Below are positions 53,174-62,308 of a stretch of 64,000 bases of DNA, piece after piece (the first letter of the stretch is position 1; every line of letters starts with the position of its first letter). Below the pieces are notes generated by a model, which saw only the letters and a list, made by a program, of their open reading frames with translations, was not told where the DNA came from and did no database searches. Source of the stretch: Anaerolineae bacterium (GTDB taxonomy: Bacteria > Chloroflexota > Anaerolineae > Anaerolineales > Villigracilaceae); assembly GCA_018648685.1 (NCBI GenBank), contig JABGQT010000140.1:19920-83919 (forward strand), in the 5' to 3' direction. The translations under genes were made by a program, and so were the position numbers.

Positions 53174-54097
53174 ATGTATATCATTGGCGAAAACATCCAC
53201 ATTATTTCACCCGCAGTAAAAGTAGCCTTGAAAGAACGAGATGGCGAGTATTTCAAAAAAGCCGCTCTTCAACAAGTTGAGGCGGGTGCGCAATGCGTTG
53301 ACTTAAATCTCGGTCCGCGCAAAAAAGATTGGGAAGAAGTTTTCCCGTGGATGGTAAAAACCGTAGAAGAAGTGGTGGATGTGCCTTTGTGCATCGACAC
53401 CACGAATGTCTTTGGGATGGAAGCGGCTCTCAAGGCGGTTACGAAGGCGCAACCTATTCTTAATTCCACTTCAGCCGAAGCCGAGCGTTTGGAAAAAGTA
53501 CCGGCATTGGCGAAAAAATATAATACTCAGTTGATTGCGCTCACACTTCAAAAAAGCGGTATTCCTGTAAGTTCAGATGAGCGTATCGGGATTGCTTTAG
53601 AGACATTAATTCCCCGCTGTCTTGAATTGGATTTTCCCATTAGCGACTTAATTATTGACCCATTGGTATTGACTGTCTCTGGCTGTCAGGAGTATTGCCC
53701 CGAGTTAATTGAAGCTGTTCGCACAATTCCTTTTGCTTGGGAGCCTGCACCACAGATTTCGATTGGGCTTTCTAATGTTTCTAATGCCGTCCCGACCAAG
53801 AATAGACCGCTTATTAACAGCGTTTATTGCGCGATGGTGATGGGTGCTGGCATTAAGATGATGATCGCTAACCCGCTCGAAGAAGAACTCATGGAAGTCA
53901 TCCGCATCGTTGAGAATCGAGATGAAAGCACAGCGCTCAGCCGTCTTTATCTGAAAATTCATGACCATGTTGAAGCGATGGAAGCCCCCACTCCCGATGG
54001 CGTAGATATGAGTGACCCCGAACAAGCCGCTGTTTGGAAAACGGTGCAGGTTTTGCTGAACAAGGTCATTTACGCGGATTCTTATTTGGAGCAGTGA
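53174..54097 (+). CDS. acsE: Methyltetrahydrofolate:corrinoid/Fe-S protein methyltransferase AcsE
   Basis: 307 aa pterin-binding TIM barrel (IIGENIH, DLNLGP, LCIDTT, LNSTS, GLSNVS). Confidence 0.85.
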   Translation: MYIIGENIHIISPAVKVALKERDGEYFKKAALQQVEAGAQCVDLNLGPRKKDWEEVFPWMVKTVEEVVDVPLCIDTTNVFGMEAALKAVTKAQPILNSTSAEAERLEKVPALAKKYNTQLIALTLQKSGIPVSSDERIGIALETLIPRCLELDFPISDLIIDPLVLTVSGCQEYCPELIEAVRTIPFAWEPAPQISIGLSNVSNAVPTKNRPLINSVYCAMVMGAGIKMMIANPLEEELMEVIRIVENRDESTALSRLYLKIHDHVEAMEAPTPDGVDMSDPEQAAVWKTVQVLLNKVIYADSYLEQ

Positions 54098-54127
54098 GCC
54101 AAAAAATGAATTTTAGGCTCAGATACG

Positions 54128-54147
54128 AAGTCCGTTTAAACGGACTT
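54128..54147 (+). other. Intercistronic hairpin after acsE
   Basis: AAGTCCGT-TTAA-ACGGACTT (8-bp stem). Confidence 0.55.
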
Positions 54148-54193
54148 TCTATCTAAGCAGGAATTTCAATCCCTAAAAAGAAAGGAGCATTTT

Positions 54194-55690
54194 ATGCCCA
54201 TCTTTACCCCCGGACGTCGTTGGCAACCGCCTTTTTTACCCTTTAAAAAAGAGCCGCTTAATCGCCGCTTGCTCGCAAGCCTTGAGAAAGCCATCAAAGG
54301 ACCCCTCTTTGGCTGCCGCATGTGCGGCAATTGTCTCTTGCAGGAGACAGCTTTTATTTGCCCGATGGAATGTCCAAAGGGCGAGCGGAACGGTCCCTGT
54401 GGTGGCTCGACATCAGAGCATTGTTATGTAGATGAAACGCGCCCCTGCATTTGGTACAAGATTTTTGAACGTTCTTATGATATGGGACGTGAAGAAAAAC
54501 TCCTTGAAGTGCTCCCCCCGCTTGATTGGGATAAAACCGGCACTGAAACCTGGGGCGATGTCTTTGGGCGTATCAAAGAAGTAGGAGCGGGGAAAGTAGC
54601 CAAAGGTTTGTTTTTCCAGCCTCCTGAGGTGCGTTATAAAACTTGGGATCTGGTCTTTGAGCATGTACGCCAGCCAGATTGGTGGGAGGGTGATAATCAA
54701 TATCACGCCCCGGCTTACGAAGAACCTATCTCTGAGCTTGAGCGCCACCTTCGCTCTGGCGAATTTGTGGTCACCTCCGAAGTTGCGCCGCCGATGAGTA
54801 CTGCTACAGGCAAACTCTGTCGCAATACCGAAATGATCGAACCTTATGTGGCAGCGGTCAATTTTACTGATTGTCCTTCGGCAACACCGCGTATGTCCAG
54901 CTTGGCTTGTAGTAAATTGGCAATCGAACATGGGGCAGAGCCGGTTCTCCAGATCGCTGCGCGTGATCGTACTCGCACTGGTTTGCAGGCTGAGATCATC
55001 GGCGCAAGTGCGCTGGGCATCCGCAATGTGCTTTGTCTTTCTGGCGATAGCGCCCGCATGGGGCCCGCCCCAATGGGACGCTCCGACATTCTTGATATTG
55101 ACGCCATTCAAATGCTCTGGATCTTGCGACGCATGCGTGATGAAGGCAAGTATCTCGATGGACGCAATATCAAATTCCGACCACAGCTTTTTCTCGGGGC
55201 TGCCGCTGCTCCTTTTGCGTCAGAACCGAAATATCAGGCGATCCGTGAGCACAAAAAGGTCAATGCTGGGGCGCAATTCTTCCAGACCAATTTGGTTTAC
55301 GATCCTGATGGCATGGAAATCTGGCTCAACGAACTTGCCAAGCGCAATATCCTCGATAAAGTTTATTTGCTGATCGGCATCACCCCACTAAAATCCCTCA
55401 AGATGGCACAATATATGCATAATGATGTGCCCGGTGTAACCATTCCCGAAAAGCTATTGAAACGGATGGAAGCCGCAGGCAAAGATGGCGAAGCCGAAGT
55501 CGGTTTTGAAATCGCACTGGAATTGATCGAGGATATCCGCAAAAAAGAAGGCGTGGATGGTATCCATCTCATGGCAGTTGGCTGGGAAGATATAGTTCCG
55601 CGTCTCATTACCGAAGCTGGCTTGCTACCGCCAAACTTCTTGATGCCCGATCCCAAAGCAGAACCCGCTAAAGTAAAGGTTGCACCGTAG
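54194..55690 (+). CDS. Fusion of a MetV-like Cys-rich domain with a methylenetetrahydrofolate reductase (MetF) domain
   Basis: 498 aa. The N-terminal part is CRMCGNCLLQETAFICPMECPKGERNGPCGG. The C-terminal ~290 aa form an MTHFR TIM barrel (VTSEVAPP, NFTDCP, LCLSGD). Confidence 0.8.
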   Translation: MPIFTPGRRWQPPFLPFKKEPLNRRLLASLEKAIKGPLFGCRMCGNCLLQETAFICPMECPKGERNGPCGGSTSEHCYVDETRPCIWYKIFERSYDMGREEKLLEVLPPLDWDKTGTETWGDVFGRIKEVGAGKVAKGLFFQPPEVRYKTWDLVFEHVRQPDWWEGDNQYHAPAYEEPISELERHLRSGEFVVTSEVAPPMSTATGKLCRNTEMIEPYVAAVNFTDCPSATPRMSSLACSKLAIEHGAEPVLQIAARDRTRTGLQAEIIGASALGIRNVLCLSGDSARMGPAPMGRSDILDIDAIQMLWILRRMRDEGKYLDGRNIKFRPQLFLGAAAAPFASEPKYQAIREHKKVNAGAQFFQTNLVYDPDGMEIWLNELAKRNILDKVYLLIGITPLKSLKMAQYMHNDVPGVTIPEKLLKRMEAAGKDGEAEVGFEIALELIEDIRKKEGVDGIHLMAVGWEDIVPRLITEAGLLPPNFLMPDPKAEPAKVKVAP

Positions 55691-55714
55691 GAAATAAATA
55701 GCAGGCTGATATAA

Positions 55715-55746
55715 TTCAAGGGAGCGCAAAACTGTGCTCCCTTGAA
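55715..55746 (+). other. Intercistronic hairpin after the metV-metF fusion
   Basis: TTCAAGGGAGC pairs with GCTCCCTTGAA (11 bp, 10-nt loop). No T-run follows. Confidence 0.65.
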
Positions 55747-55794
55747 GATTTAACCAAAGAAAGCGAAAATTCAATCCCACAAAAGAGAAAAATC

Positions 55795-56439
55795 ATGGCT
55801 GAAAAAGATTGGTTGCTCGGAGAAACCCCAAATCCCCTGAGTGACCGAGTAGCTGAAATTCGTGAGAAGTTACGAGATAAAAACCCCGAAGAATTGGCTG
55901 CTTATACAGGTGCAACTTATCTAAGTAAAGGGCAAGGTCGTGAGTTTCAGTTGCCTTTTTGGTCACGGGATGTGATCATTAGTTTTCCCGATTTTGTTGG
56001 CTGTGAAGCTGGTTCAGGAGAAGAACTCAACTCCTTTGATATGACTATGTTGGCATATTATTTCGATGTATCAAATAGTGTTCCCCTTGCTGGAGAATGG
56101 ATAGCGTTTAAACAAATTCCCGGCGGCATGTTCTATGCTCAGGCATTTCAGGGATATACGGGAGATAACCTGCTCAAAGTTTTTGGCGATGATCTCGAAG
56201 CTTTCATCAAGGCCAATGAAAAACTTGGCGGACGACGTGAAGTTTTTGGGAATGCAGCTTTTTCTTATCAGATTTTGCCTCATGTTCCTATCATGGTTGT
56301 CTGCTGGCTCGGTGATGAAGATTTTGATTCTTCATATCGAATGCTTTTTGATGCCAGTGCACACCATCATCTGGTTACGGATGCTTATGCTATTTTGGGT
56401 AGTAATCTAACGAAAAAATTGATCAAAGCAAAAGGATAA
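55795..56439 (+). CDS. DUF3786 domain protein (recurrent acs-cluster companion)
   Basis: 214 aa. The family was recognised by eye (FQLPFW, IAFKQIPGG, FDASA..HL blocks). Confidence 0.65.
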   Translation: MAEKDWLLGETPNPLSDRVAEIREKLRDKNPEELAAYTGATYLSKGQGREFQLPFWSRDVIISFPDFVGCEAGSGEELNSFDMTMLAYYFDVSNSVPLAGEWIAFKQIPGGMFYAQAFQGYTGDNLLKVFGDDLEAFIKANEKLGGRREVFGNAAFSYQILPHVPIMVVCWLGDEDFDSSYRMLFDASAHHHLVTDAYAILGSNLTKKLIKAKG

Positions 56440-56444
56440 TTTAG

Positions 56445-57212
56445 ATGAAATTAGCAATTAGCGGTAAAGGTGGTGTCGGCAAAACGACCCTTTCGGCATT
56501 ACTGGCACAAGCCTACGCCGATATGGGGCGTGATGTTTTAGCGGTTGATGCCGACCCCTCCCCCTGCCTTTCGGGCGCCTTGGGCTTCCCCGATGAAAAA
56601 CTCGCCGAACTCAAACCCATCGCCGAGATGGATGCCCTCATAGAAGAGCGTACCGGCGCAAAACCGGGCACGGTGGGTGGCTTCTTTACCCTCAATCCTC
56701 GTGTAGACGACATCCCAGAACGTTTCAGCGTTATACATAGAAAGGTCCGCCTGCTCGAAATGGGATCTGTAGATTTAGGCGGCTCGGGCTGTATTTGCCC
56801 TGAAGCAGCGATGCTCAAAACCCTATTTACACATTTGATGTTCCGTGATGAAGATGTGCTTATTATGGATATGTATGCCGGCGTGGAGCATCTTGGGCGT
56901 GCTACGGTTGATTTTGTTGAAGCGATGGTCATCGTGGTCGAGCCTACAAGACGTTCACTGGGTACCGCGCGACAGATTAAAAAATTGGCAAATGACATCG
57001 GTCTCGAACGGTTGTGGCTGGTGGGAAATAAAGTTAGAAATGAAGATGAATCTGATTTCCTTGAAAAGGAATCGCCAGGAATTCCTGTGTTAGGATTTTT
57101 GCCTGCTGATTTGCGCGTTCAAGAAGCGGACAGGTTGGGTATTCCCGTTTACGACCATGTTCCGGCCTTGAAAACTGCCGCTGAAGAGATGGCGAAGAAA
57201 TTAGTCAAATGA
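56445..57212 (+). CDS. cooC: CooC-type Ni-insertion ATPase (CODH/ACS maturation)
   Basis: 255 aa with the deviant Walker A (SGKGGVGKTT) and the CxC motif (GCICPE). Confidence 0.9.
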   Translation: MKLAISGKGGVGKTTLSALLAQAYADMGRDVLAVDADPSPCLSGALGFPDEKLAELKPIAEMDALIEERTGAKPGTVGGFFTLNPRVDDIPERFSVIHRKVRLLEMGSVDLGGSGCICPEAAMLKTLFTHLMFRDEDVLIMDMYAGVEHLGRATVDFVEAMVIVVEPTRRSLGTARQIKKLANDIGLERLWLVGNKVRNEDESDFLEKESPGIPVLGFLPADLRVQEADRLGIPVYDHVPALKTAAEEMAKKLVK

Positions 57213-57237
57213 ACAGAAAGCTTTATTGGAGAAATTG

Positions 57238-58023
57238 ATGACAACGACAATTGCACTAGCAGGTAAAGGCGGCGTGGGAAAGACAACCATTGCCGGGATG
57301 TTGATCAAATATCTTTCGCAAGAGAAAGATGGTGCGATTCTGGCAATTGATGCCGATCCCAGCAGCAACCTAAATATGGTACTCGGGCTTGATCTTGAGT
57401 GGACAGTGGGCGACATCCGCGAAGGGATGCTGGCCGAAGTGCAAAAATCCCTTTTGCAGAAAGGTGCGGCAATGGGGGCAATGCCAGGTGGAACCAGCAA
57501 GCAGGAATATCTGGATTACGAAGTACGTGCTTCAATTGAAGAAGGTGATGCTTTTGACCTTATCGCGATGGGGCGCCCCGAAGGTGCAGGTTGTTATTGC
57601 GCCGTGAACCACAGTCTGCGCGAAGTGGTGGATAGTATCAGTAAAAGTTACCGTTATGCCGTTATAGATAATGAAGCCGGAATGGAACATCTCAGTCGGC
57701 GTACCACGCGTGATGTCGCGCATCTGTTGATGGTCTCCGACCCAACCCAAAGGGGGATCGTCGCGACAGAGCGTATTGCCTCGATGGTGCCCGGGCTAGA
57801 TATCAACGTTGAGAACGTGCATCTGATTCTTAATCGGGTGATGGGTGAGCTTCCCCAACCCTTATTGGACAGAGTAGATGCAATGGGCGTGAACTTTCTC
57901 GGGACAGTTCCATCCAATGCCGACTTAATGGAGTTTGAGTTTAGCGGACGACCGCTGGTAGAATTGGGCGACGAATCCCCGGTCTATCAGGCTGTCGCCG
58001 AGATGATGCGGGGGATTTTATAA
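57238..58023 (+). CDS. Second CooC/AcsF-type Ni-insertion ATPase
   Basis: The ATG at 57238 follows GGAG; the track start is a TTG at 57226. AGKGGVGKTT and the CxC motif (GCYCAV) are present. Confidence 0.85.
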   Translation: MTTTIALAGKGGVGKTTIAGMLIKYLSQEKDGAILAIDADPSSNLNMVLGLDLEWTVGDIREGMLAEVQKSLLQKGAAMGAMPGGTSKQEYLDYEVRASIEEGDAFDLIAMGRPEGAGCYCAVNHSLREVVDSISKSYRYAVIDNEAGMEHLSRRTTRDVAHLLMVSDPTQRGIVATERIASMVPGLDINVENVHLILNRVMGELPQPLLDRVDAMGVNFLGTVPSNADLMEFEFSGRPLVELGDESPVYQAVAEMMRGIL

Positions 58024-58040
58024 ATATCATCGGAGATTGA

Positions 58041-59318
58041 ATGAAAGAAAAAATTGCCCAACTTTGGGAAAAGATCAAAGAAAATCGCCATATGCTTGTT
58101 GCTCTGGGGCTGACGCTCGTTGCCGCCACTGTCTATTATTTTGCGTGGGCGCTTCCCCAAACCTATGCCGACAGCACCCATATCGGCTTTGAAGAAGGGC
58201 GCATGGATAATAATATGTGGTGGGCATCCGATGCGCGTGATTATCGTGATACGGGGGATAACTTTTTTGGCAACACCGAAGAAGAAAGCGTTTTATATCG
58301 CCGTCCCTGGCTTTATCCTTTTATCATAGGTGCGCTGCGTCAATATACGCCCTTTGACCTTGACTACAGCCTATGGGCGTTTCAATTTATTATGTGGCTT
58401 GCCACCGCTGGCTTTACGCTCGGGGCAGTTTTTCGCGCAACCAAAAAGATGGGCTGGGCTATTCTCGCCACCGGCGTATTCTGGACGCATCCTTCTATTA
58501 TCGCGCTCACCTTTCATGGAATGACAGAAGCTCTTAATACCCTCCTTATCGCTCTTTTTGCCTTTGTCGTTCTAAAACCCCGTGATGCAGACGAAAAATG
58601 GGCAGAGAATAAAAATTACTGGCTCATTTTTCTAATGAGCCTTTTGCTCGTCACAAAACCGACTTATCAGGTTCAGTTGGCTATTTTGCTCCTCTATATT
58701 TTGGTTATTTCCTTCAAAAAATGGCGTGTTTTACGCTTTTGGGGAAAGATTGCCCTCGCCCTGATTCCCCTGTGGATACAGCTTCTGCTCTCGTGGCAAA
58801 TTTTGGGATATGCGATCATCTCCGACGTGGCGGGTCCCACCCTAAAATATTGGACAGTAACACGCGTCTACGCTAAAGCGGAAGCACCCGATACGCCCTT
58901 GCCTGAAATTGCTACCATTGTGGAAGATTGGTCTCGGGAAGAAGAAATTGCCTACCTGCTAAACAACAAAAAAGCCTTTATCAGCGTGTATTTCAATAAT
59001 TTGGTAGAAGAAGGACTTCTCGCTGATTCCTACTTCATTGTCAACGACGATAATTCAATGAACATTGCCATTATGACTCTCAACAAATGGCATTTCTACC
59101 TGCATTTGCTGATGTTGCCATTAATGGGCTATCTTCTGCTCTTTAATTACAAAGGAAAGTGGGAAGCGATTTGGATTATTTACCTAACCTTTGTAATCCA
59201 AATTCTGGCTTCGGGTGTTTCTTCCGATCAGGGGGATAGGTTGATTATTACGGCGCTACCTTTGTGGATTGTGGCGTATAGTTTCGCTATAGGAAAACTT
59301 CAGACTTTAAAAGAATAG
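58041..59318 (+). CDS. Polytopic membrane protein, possibly a GT-C-fold glycosyltransferase
   Basis: 425 aa with about 11 TM segments. An acidic first loop (DARDYRDTGDNFF) is present. It starts 17 nt after the second cooC. Confidence 0.45.
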   Translation: MKEKIAQLWEKIKENRHMLVALGLTLVAATVYYFAWALPQTYADSTHIGFEEGRMDNNMWWASDARDYRDTGDNFFGNTEEESVLYRRPWLYPFIIGALRQYTPFDLDYSLWAFQFIMWLATAGFTLGAVFRATKKMGWAILATGVFWTHPSIIALTFHGMTEALNTLLIALFAFVVLKPRDADEKWAENKNYWLIFLMSLLLVTKPTYQVQLAILLLYILVISFKKWRVLRFWGKIALALIPLWIQLLLSWQILGYAIISDVAGPTLKYWTVTRVYAKAEAPDTPLPEIATIVEDWSREEEIAYLLNNKKAFISVYFNNLVEEGLLADSYFIVNDDNSMNIAIMTLNKWHFYLHLLMLPLMGYLLLFNYKGKWEAIWIIYLTFVIQILASGVSSDQGDRLIITALPLWIVAYSFAIGKLQTLKE

Positions 59319-59412
59319 AACGCGGATGGCGCAGATTTTGCGAATTTACGCGGATAAAATCCAAAAAGTTTTAATCCGTGAAAATCCGCTTGATCCGCTG
59401 AATCCGCGTTCT
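59317..59412. repeat. 96-bp imperfect palindrome whose arms are tandem ~10-nt GCGGAT words
   Basis: AGAACGCGGATGGCGCAGATTTTGCGAATTTACGCGGATAAAA aligns with the reverse complement of TTAATCCGTGAAAATCCGCTTGATCCGCTGAATCCGCGTTCT. It lies between convergent genes and overlaps the TAG stop at 59316-59318. Confidence 0.7.
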
Positions 59413-59420
59413 ATTTTAAT

Positions 59421-60266
59421 TTAATATTGATAGAAACCTTTACCCGTCTTCCTCCCCAAATACCCCGCATCTACCATCTTCCGCAACAGATAAGCCGGAC
59501 GGTACTTATCTTCACCTAAGTCTCGTTGCAAAACTTCCATCACGAAGAAAACCACATCCAAGCCGATCAGGTCAGCGAGGGCGAGCGGACCCATTGGATG
59601 ATTCATGCCGAGTTTCATTACATCGTCAATCGCTTCGGGCGTGCCGACATTTTCCTGCAAGGCGAAGACGGCTTCGTTGATCATCGGGCATAAAATACGA
59701 TTGGATATGAATCCTGGCGAATCATTTGCTTCAACGGGAGTCTTGCCCATTACTTTGCAAATTTCAACAATCTCTTCGGTGACTTCATCTGTGGTGGCGA
59801 TGCCGCGAATAACCTCAACTAATTTCATCAATGGGACGGGGTTCATAAAGTGCATCCCGATCACTTTCTCTGGGCGAGAAGTGGATGCCGCAATTTTGGT
59901 GATGCTGATCGAAGAAGTATTCGATGCCAGAATTACGCCTTCGCGGGCTTTTTCATCCATTTCTTTGAAGATTTTGAATTTCAGTTCGGGATTTTCTGTT
60001 GCGGCTTCGATGACCAAATCGGCGTTGGCGATGGTGTCCATATTGCTGACAAAGTGAATTGCGTCAGCGGCGGCTTTTTGTTCCTCGCTGATGCGTTTCT
60101 TCGCGAGCAGTTTAGTGGTAGATTTTTGGATGACAGACTCTGCCTTTTTAAGGGCAGCAGGCTGAACATCCATGCACGTAACGGTATATCCAGAAACGGC
60201 AGCCGTTTGGGCGATCCCGTTTCCCATTGTCCCCGCGCCAACGATGAAAATATGTTTGATGGTCAT
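59421..60266 (-). CDS. hbd: 3-hydroxybutyryl-CoA (3-hydroxyacyl-CoA) dehydrogenase
   Basis: The start at 60266 ([20 protein letters not shown]) follows AAGGAGA. The track start at 60365 runs through repeat copy B. Confidence 0.9.
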   Translation of the reverse strand: MTIKHIFIVGAGTMGNGIAQTAAVSGYTVTCMDVQPAALKKAESVIQKSTTKLLAKKRISEEQKAAADAIHFVSNMDTIANADLVIEAATENPELKFKIFKEMDEKAREGVILASNTSSISITKIAASTSRPEKVIGMHFMNPVPLMKLVEVIRGIATTDEVTEEIVEICKVMGKTPVEANDSPGFISNRILCPMINEAVFALQENVGTPEAIDDVMKLGMNHPMGPLALADLIGLDVVFFVMEVLQRDLGEDKYRPAYLLRKMVDAGYLGRKTGKGFYQY

Positions 60267-60283
60267 TTCTTTCTCCTTATTCT

Positions 60284-60359
60284 TTGCTTTTGCGAGCGGA
60301 GCGAAGCAATCTTCTGTTGATGATGAGACCGCTTCGTCGCAAGTACACGCTCCTCGCGG
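60284..60359 (-). repeat. Copy B of the ~80-90 nt imperfect-hairpin repeat (partner of 1255-1342)
   Basis: The reverse complement reads CCGCGAGGAGCGTGTACTTGCGACGAAGCGGTCTCATCATCAACAGAAGATTGCTTCGCTCCGCTCGCAAAAGCAA. Confidence 0.7.
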
Positions 60360-60394
60360 AGTCATATTTGGAATTGACGTCTCCTAAGTTTCGG

Positions 60395-60877
60395 CTAGAG
60401 ATTTCTCCATAACTTTAGGTTATTTTTGATTTGCTCTATATGTCCGGGAATATGATCCGAATAAATCTCTACCCACATCTCGAAAGTATAAGCTTCATCA
60501 TATTCGGGGTGCTTGACTTTGTGAGTGAAAACTTCATCTGGTAATGTTTTGAGCCAGTTGTAGGTGGTCAGACGGGCATATTTGATAAGCTGAAGGGCGT
60601 CTTCGGTGCTCTGATCGTGATAGGCGAGTTCATTTGCCCAGGTGTTTTCGTCATAGCCCATGATCGCGCCGCCAGGTTCAACAGCCAATTTGCGCGCACG
60701 TAAAGCAGCATTGGTTTCGCTATCTGCCAGATGGATAATGATCTCGTGAACACTCCATTCTGTAGGTTCAGGCTTGAATTGCCATGCTTCTTTTGGGATT
60801 TCAGCAAGAGCGGCTCTTAGCAGGTCGAAGCCTTGTCCGTATAGTTCAATTTTCTCATGGCGTTCTATATGAGTCAT
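60395..60877 (-). CDS. DinB-family protein
   Basis: 160 aa with WSVHEIIIHLADSE and HIPGHIEQI His-containing blocks. Confidence 0.7.
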   Translation of the reverse strand: MTHIERHEKIELYGQGFDLLRAALAEIPKEAWQFKPEPTEWSVHEIIIHLADSETNAALRARKLAVEPGGAIMGYDENTWANELAYHDQSTEDALQLIKYARLTTYNWLKTLPDEVFTHKVKHPEYDEAYTFEMWVEIYSDHIPGHIEQIKNNLKLWRNL

Positions 60878-60907
60878 TTTTTCTCCTTGAGTTCAGATAA
60901 TAAGATA

Positions 60908-60945
60908 AAAAGAGAGTAGTAATTAGTTACTACTCTCTTTTTTCT
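60908..60945 (-). terminator. Terminator after the thiolase gene (bidirectional shape)
   Basis: AGAGAGTAGTAA-TTAG-TTACTACTCTCT forms a 12-bp stem, with A4 upstream and T5 downstream. Confidence 0.8.
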
Positions 60946-60953
60946 ACTTTCTA

Positions 60954-62159
60954 TTATTCTAGTTCTATCGCCATCGCAACAGCTTCACCGCCGCCGAGAC
61001 AAAGTGATGCCAAGCCGCGTTTGAGACCACGATCTTTGAGCGCGTAGATCAGTGTGGCAATGACGCGCGCGCCAGATGTGCCGATGGGATGGCCGAGCGC
61101 GATCCCACCACCATTTACGTTGACTTTATCCCAATCCCAGCCTTGGTCGGCGAGTTCTTTGCCGTTGGCGAGGCATTGCGCCGAGAAGGCTTCGTTCAGT
61201 TCGATCAGATCAACATCTTCGAGCATCCAGCCCGCTTTTTCTAGGATTTTCGGCATCGCCTTGGCGGGAGCGGCGAAGAGATATTTCGGTTCGACTGCGG
61301 CGTGACCATACGCGACGATACGTGCCATCGGCTTGATTCCTTTTGCCTCAGCATATGCTCGGCTGGACACAACCACCGCTGCCGCGCCATCGTTGAGCGT
61401 GGATGCGTTCCCGGCAGTGGTTTTGCCTTCTTTATTGAAAACAGGACGCAATTTGCTCAAGCCTTCAGCCGTCGTGCCTGCACGCGGACCTTCATCCGTG
61501 TCGAAGATAGTGACTGCGCCTTTGCGCCCAGGCACTTCGACAGGGACGATTTCATCTTTGAATTTACCTGCTTCGATGGCAGCGATTGCCTTCTGTTGGC
61601 TTTTTGCTGCGAAATCATCCATTTCTTCACGAGTAACGCCATATTCATCGGCAATGAAATCGGCAGCGTTGCCCATTGCCCAATCTTCGAAGGGATCCCA
61701 AAGCCCGTCGTGGAGCAGAGAGTCTTTCAAGTTGGCGTGTCCATAACGCAGATCGCCCGTTCGCCCGCCAACAAGGAAGGGCGCGCGCGTCATGGATTCC
61801 ATCCCGCCCCCGACGAAGAGTTGTCCGTCGCCCGCTTTGATGGCTTGCGCGCCGAAGATGACGGCTTTCATCCCAGAGCCACAGACCTTGTTAACGGTGG
61901 TCGCGCCGACAGTATCGGGTAGTCCCGCAAAAATGGATGCCTGCCGCGCGGGAGCTTGCCCCTCACCAGCCGGAACGACGTTGCCCATGAAAACTTCATC
62001 AATATTGGCAGGGTTTTTGATCCCCGCCCGCTCTACGGCGGCTTTGATCGCCACCGCGCCGAGCTTGGGTGCATCAATCCCCGCTAACGCGCCCTGAAAG
62101 CGCGCAATGGGTGTGCGGACTGCGCTCAGAATGACAACTTCAGTTTTGGGGTCGCTCAT
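60954..62159 (-). CDS. Acetyl-CoA C-acetyltransferase (thiolase II)
   Basis: 401 aa with NKVCGSGMKA (nucleophilic Cys), GHPIGTSGAR and CLGGGEAVA. Confidence 0.9.
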   Translation of the reverse strand: MSDPKTEVVILSAVRTPIARFQGALAGIDAPKLGAVAIKAAVERAGIKNPANIDEVFMGNVVPAGEGQAPARQASIFAGLPDTVGATTVNKVCGSGMKAVIFGAQAIKAGDGQLFVGGGMESMTRAPFLVGGRTGDLRYGHANLKDSLLHDGLWDPFEDWAMGNAADFIADEYGVTREEMDDFAAKSQQKAIAAIEAGKFKDEIVPVEVPGRKGAVTIFDTDEGPRAGTTAEGLSKLRPVFNKEGKTTAGNASTLNDGAAAVVVSSRAYAEAKGIKPMARIVAYGHAAVEPKYLFAAPAKAMPKILEKAGWMLEDVDLIELNEAFSAQCLANGKELADQGWDWDKVNVNGGGIALGHPIGTSGARVIATLIYALKDRGLKRGLASLCLGGGEAVAMAIELE

Positions 62160-62308
62160 TTTTTCTCCTCCAGAAGGATGTTTTCGCTAGATAATGAGAT
62201 TGTGTCAGATAATACTTATTTTAGCAGATGTTGGGGCGAGTAGGGGTATGCTAGAATTGGAGCTGGAAATAATTCATTGGAATAGATGATTTATGAGGGT
62301 CAGAAAAG

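Noticed and set aside
54413-55111. 232-aa minus-strand ORF opposite the MetV-MetF gene
   Set aside because: It is a shadow of a well-supported plus-strand gene inside a tightly packed operon.
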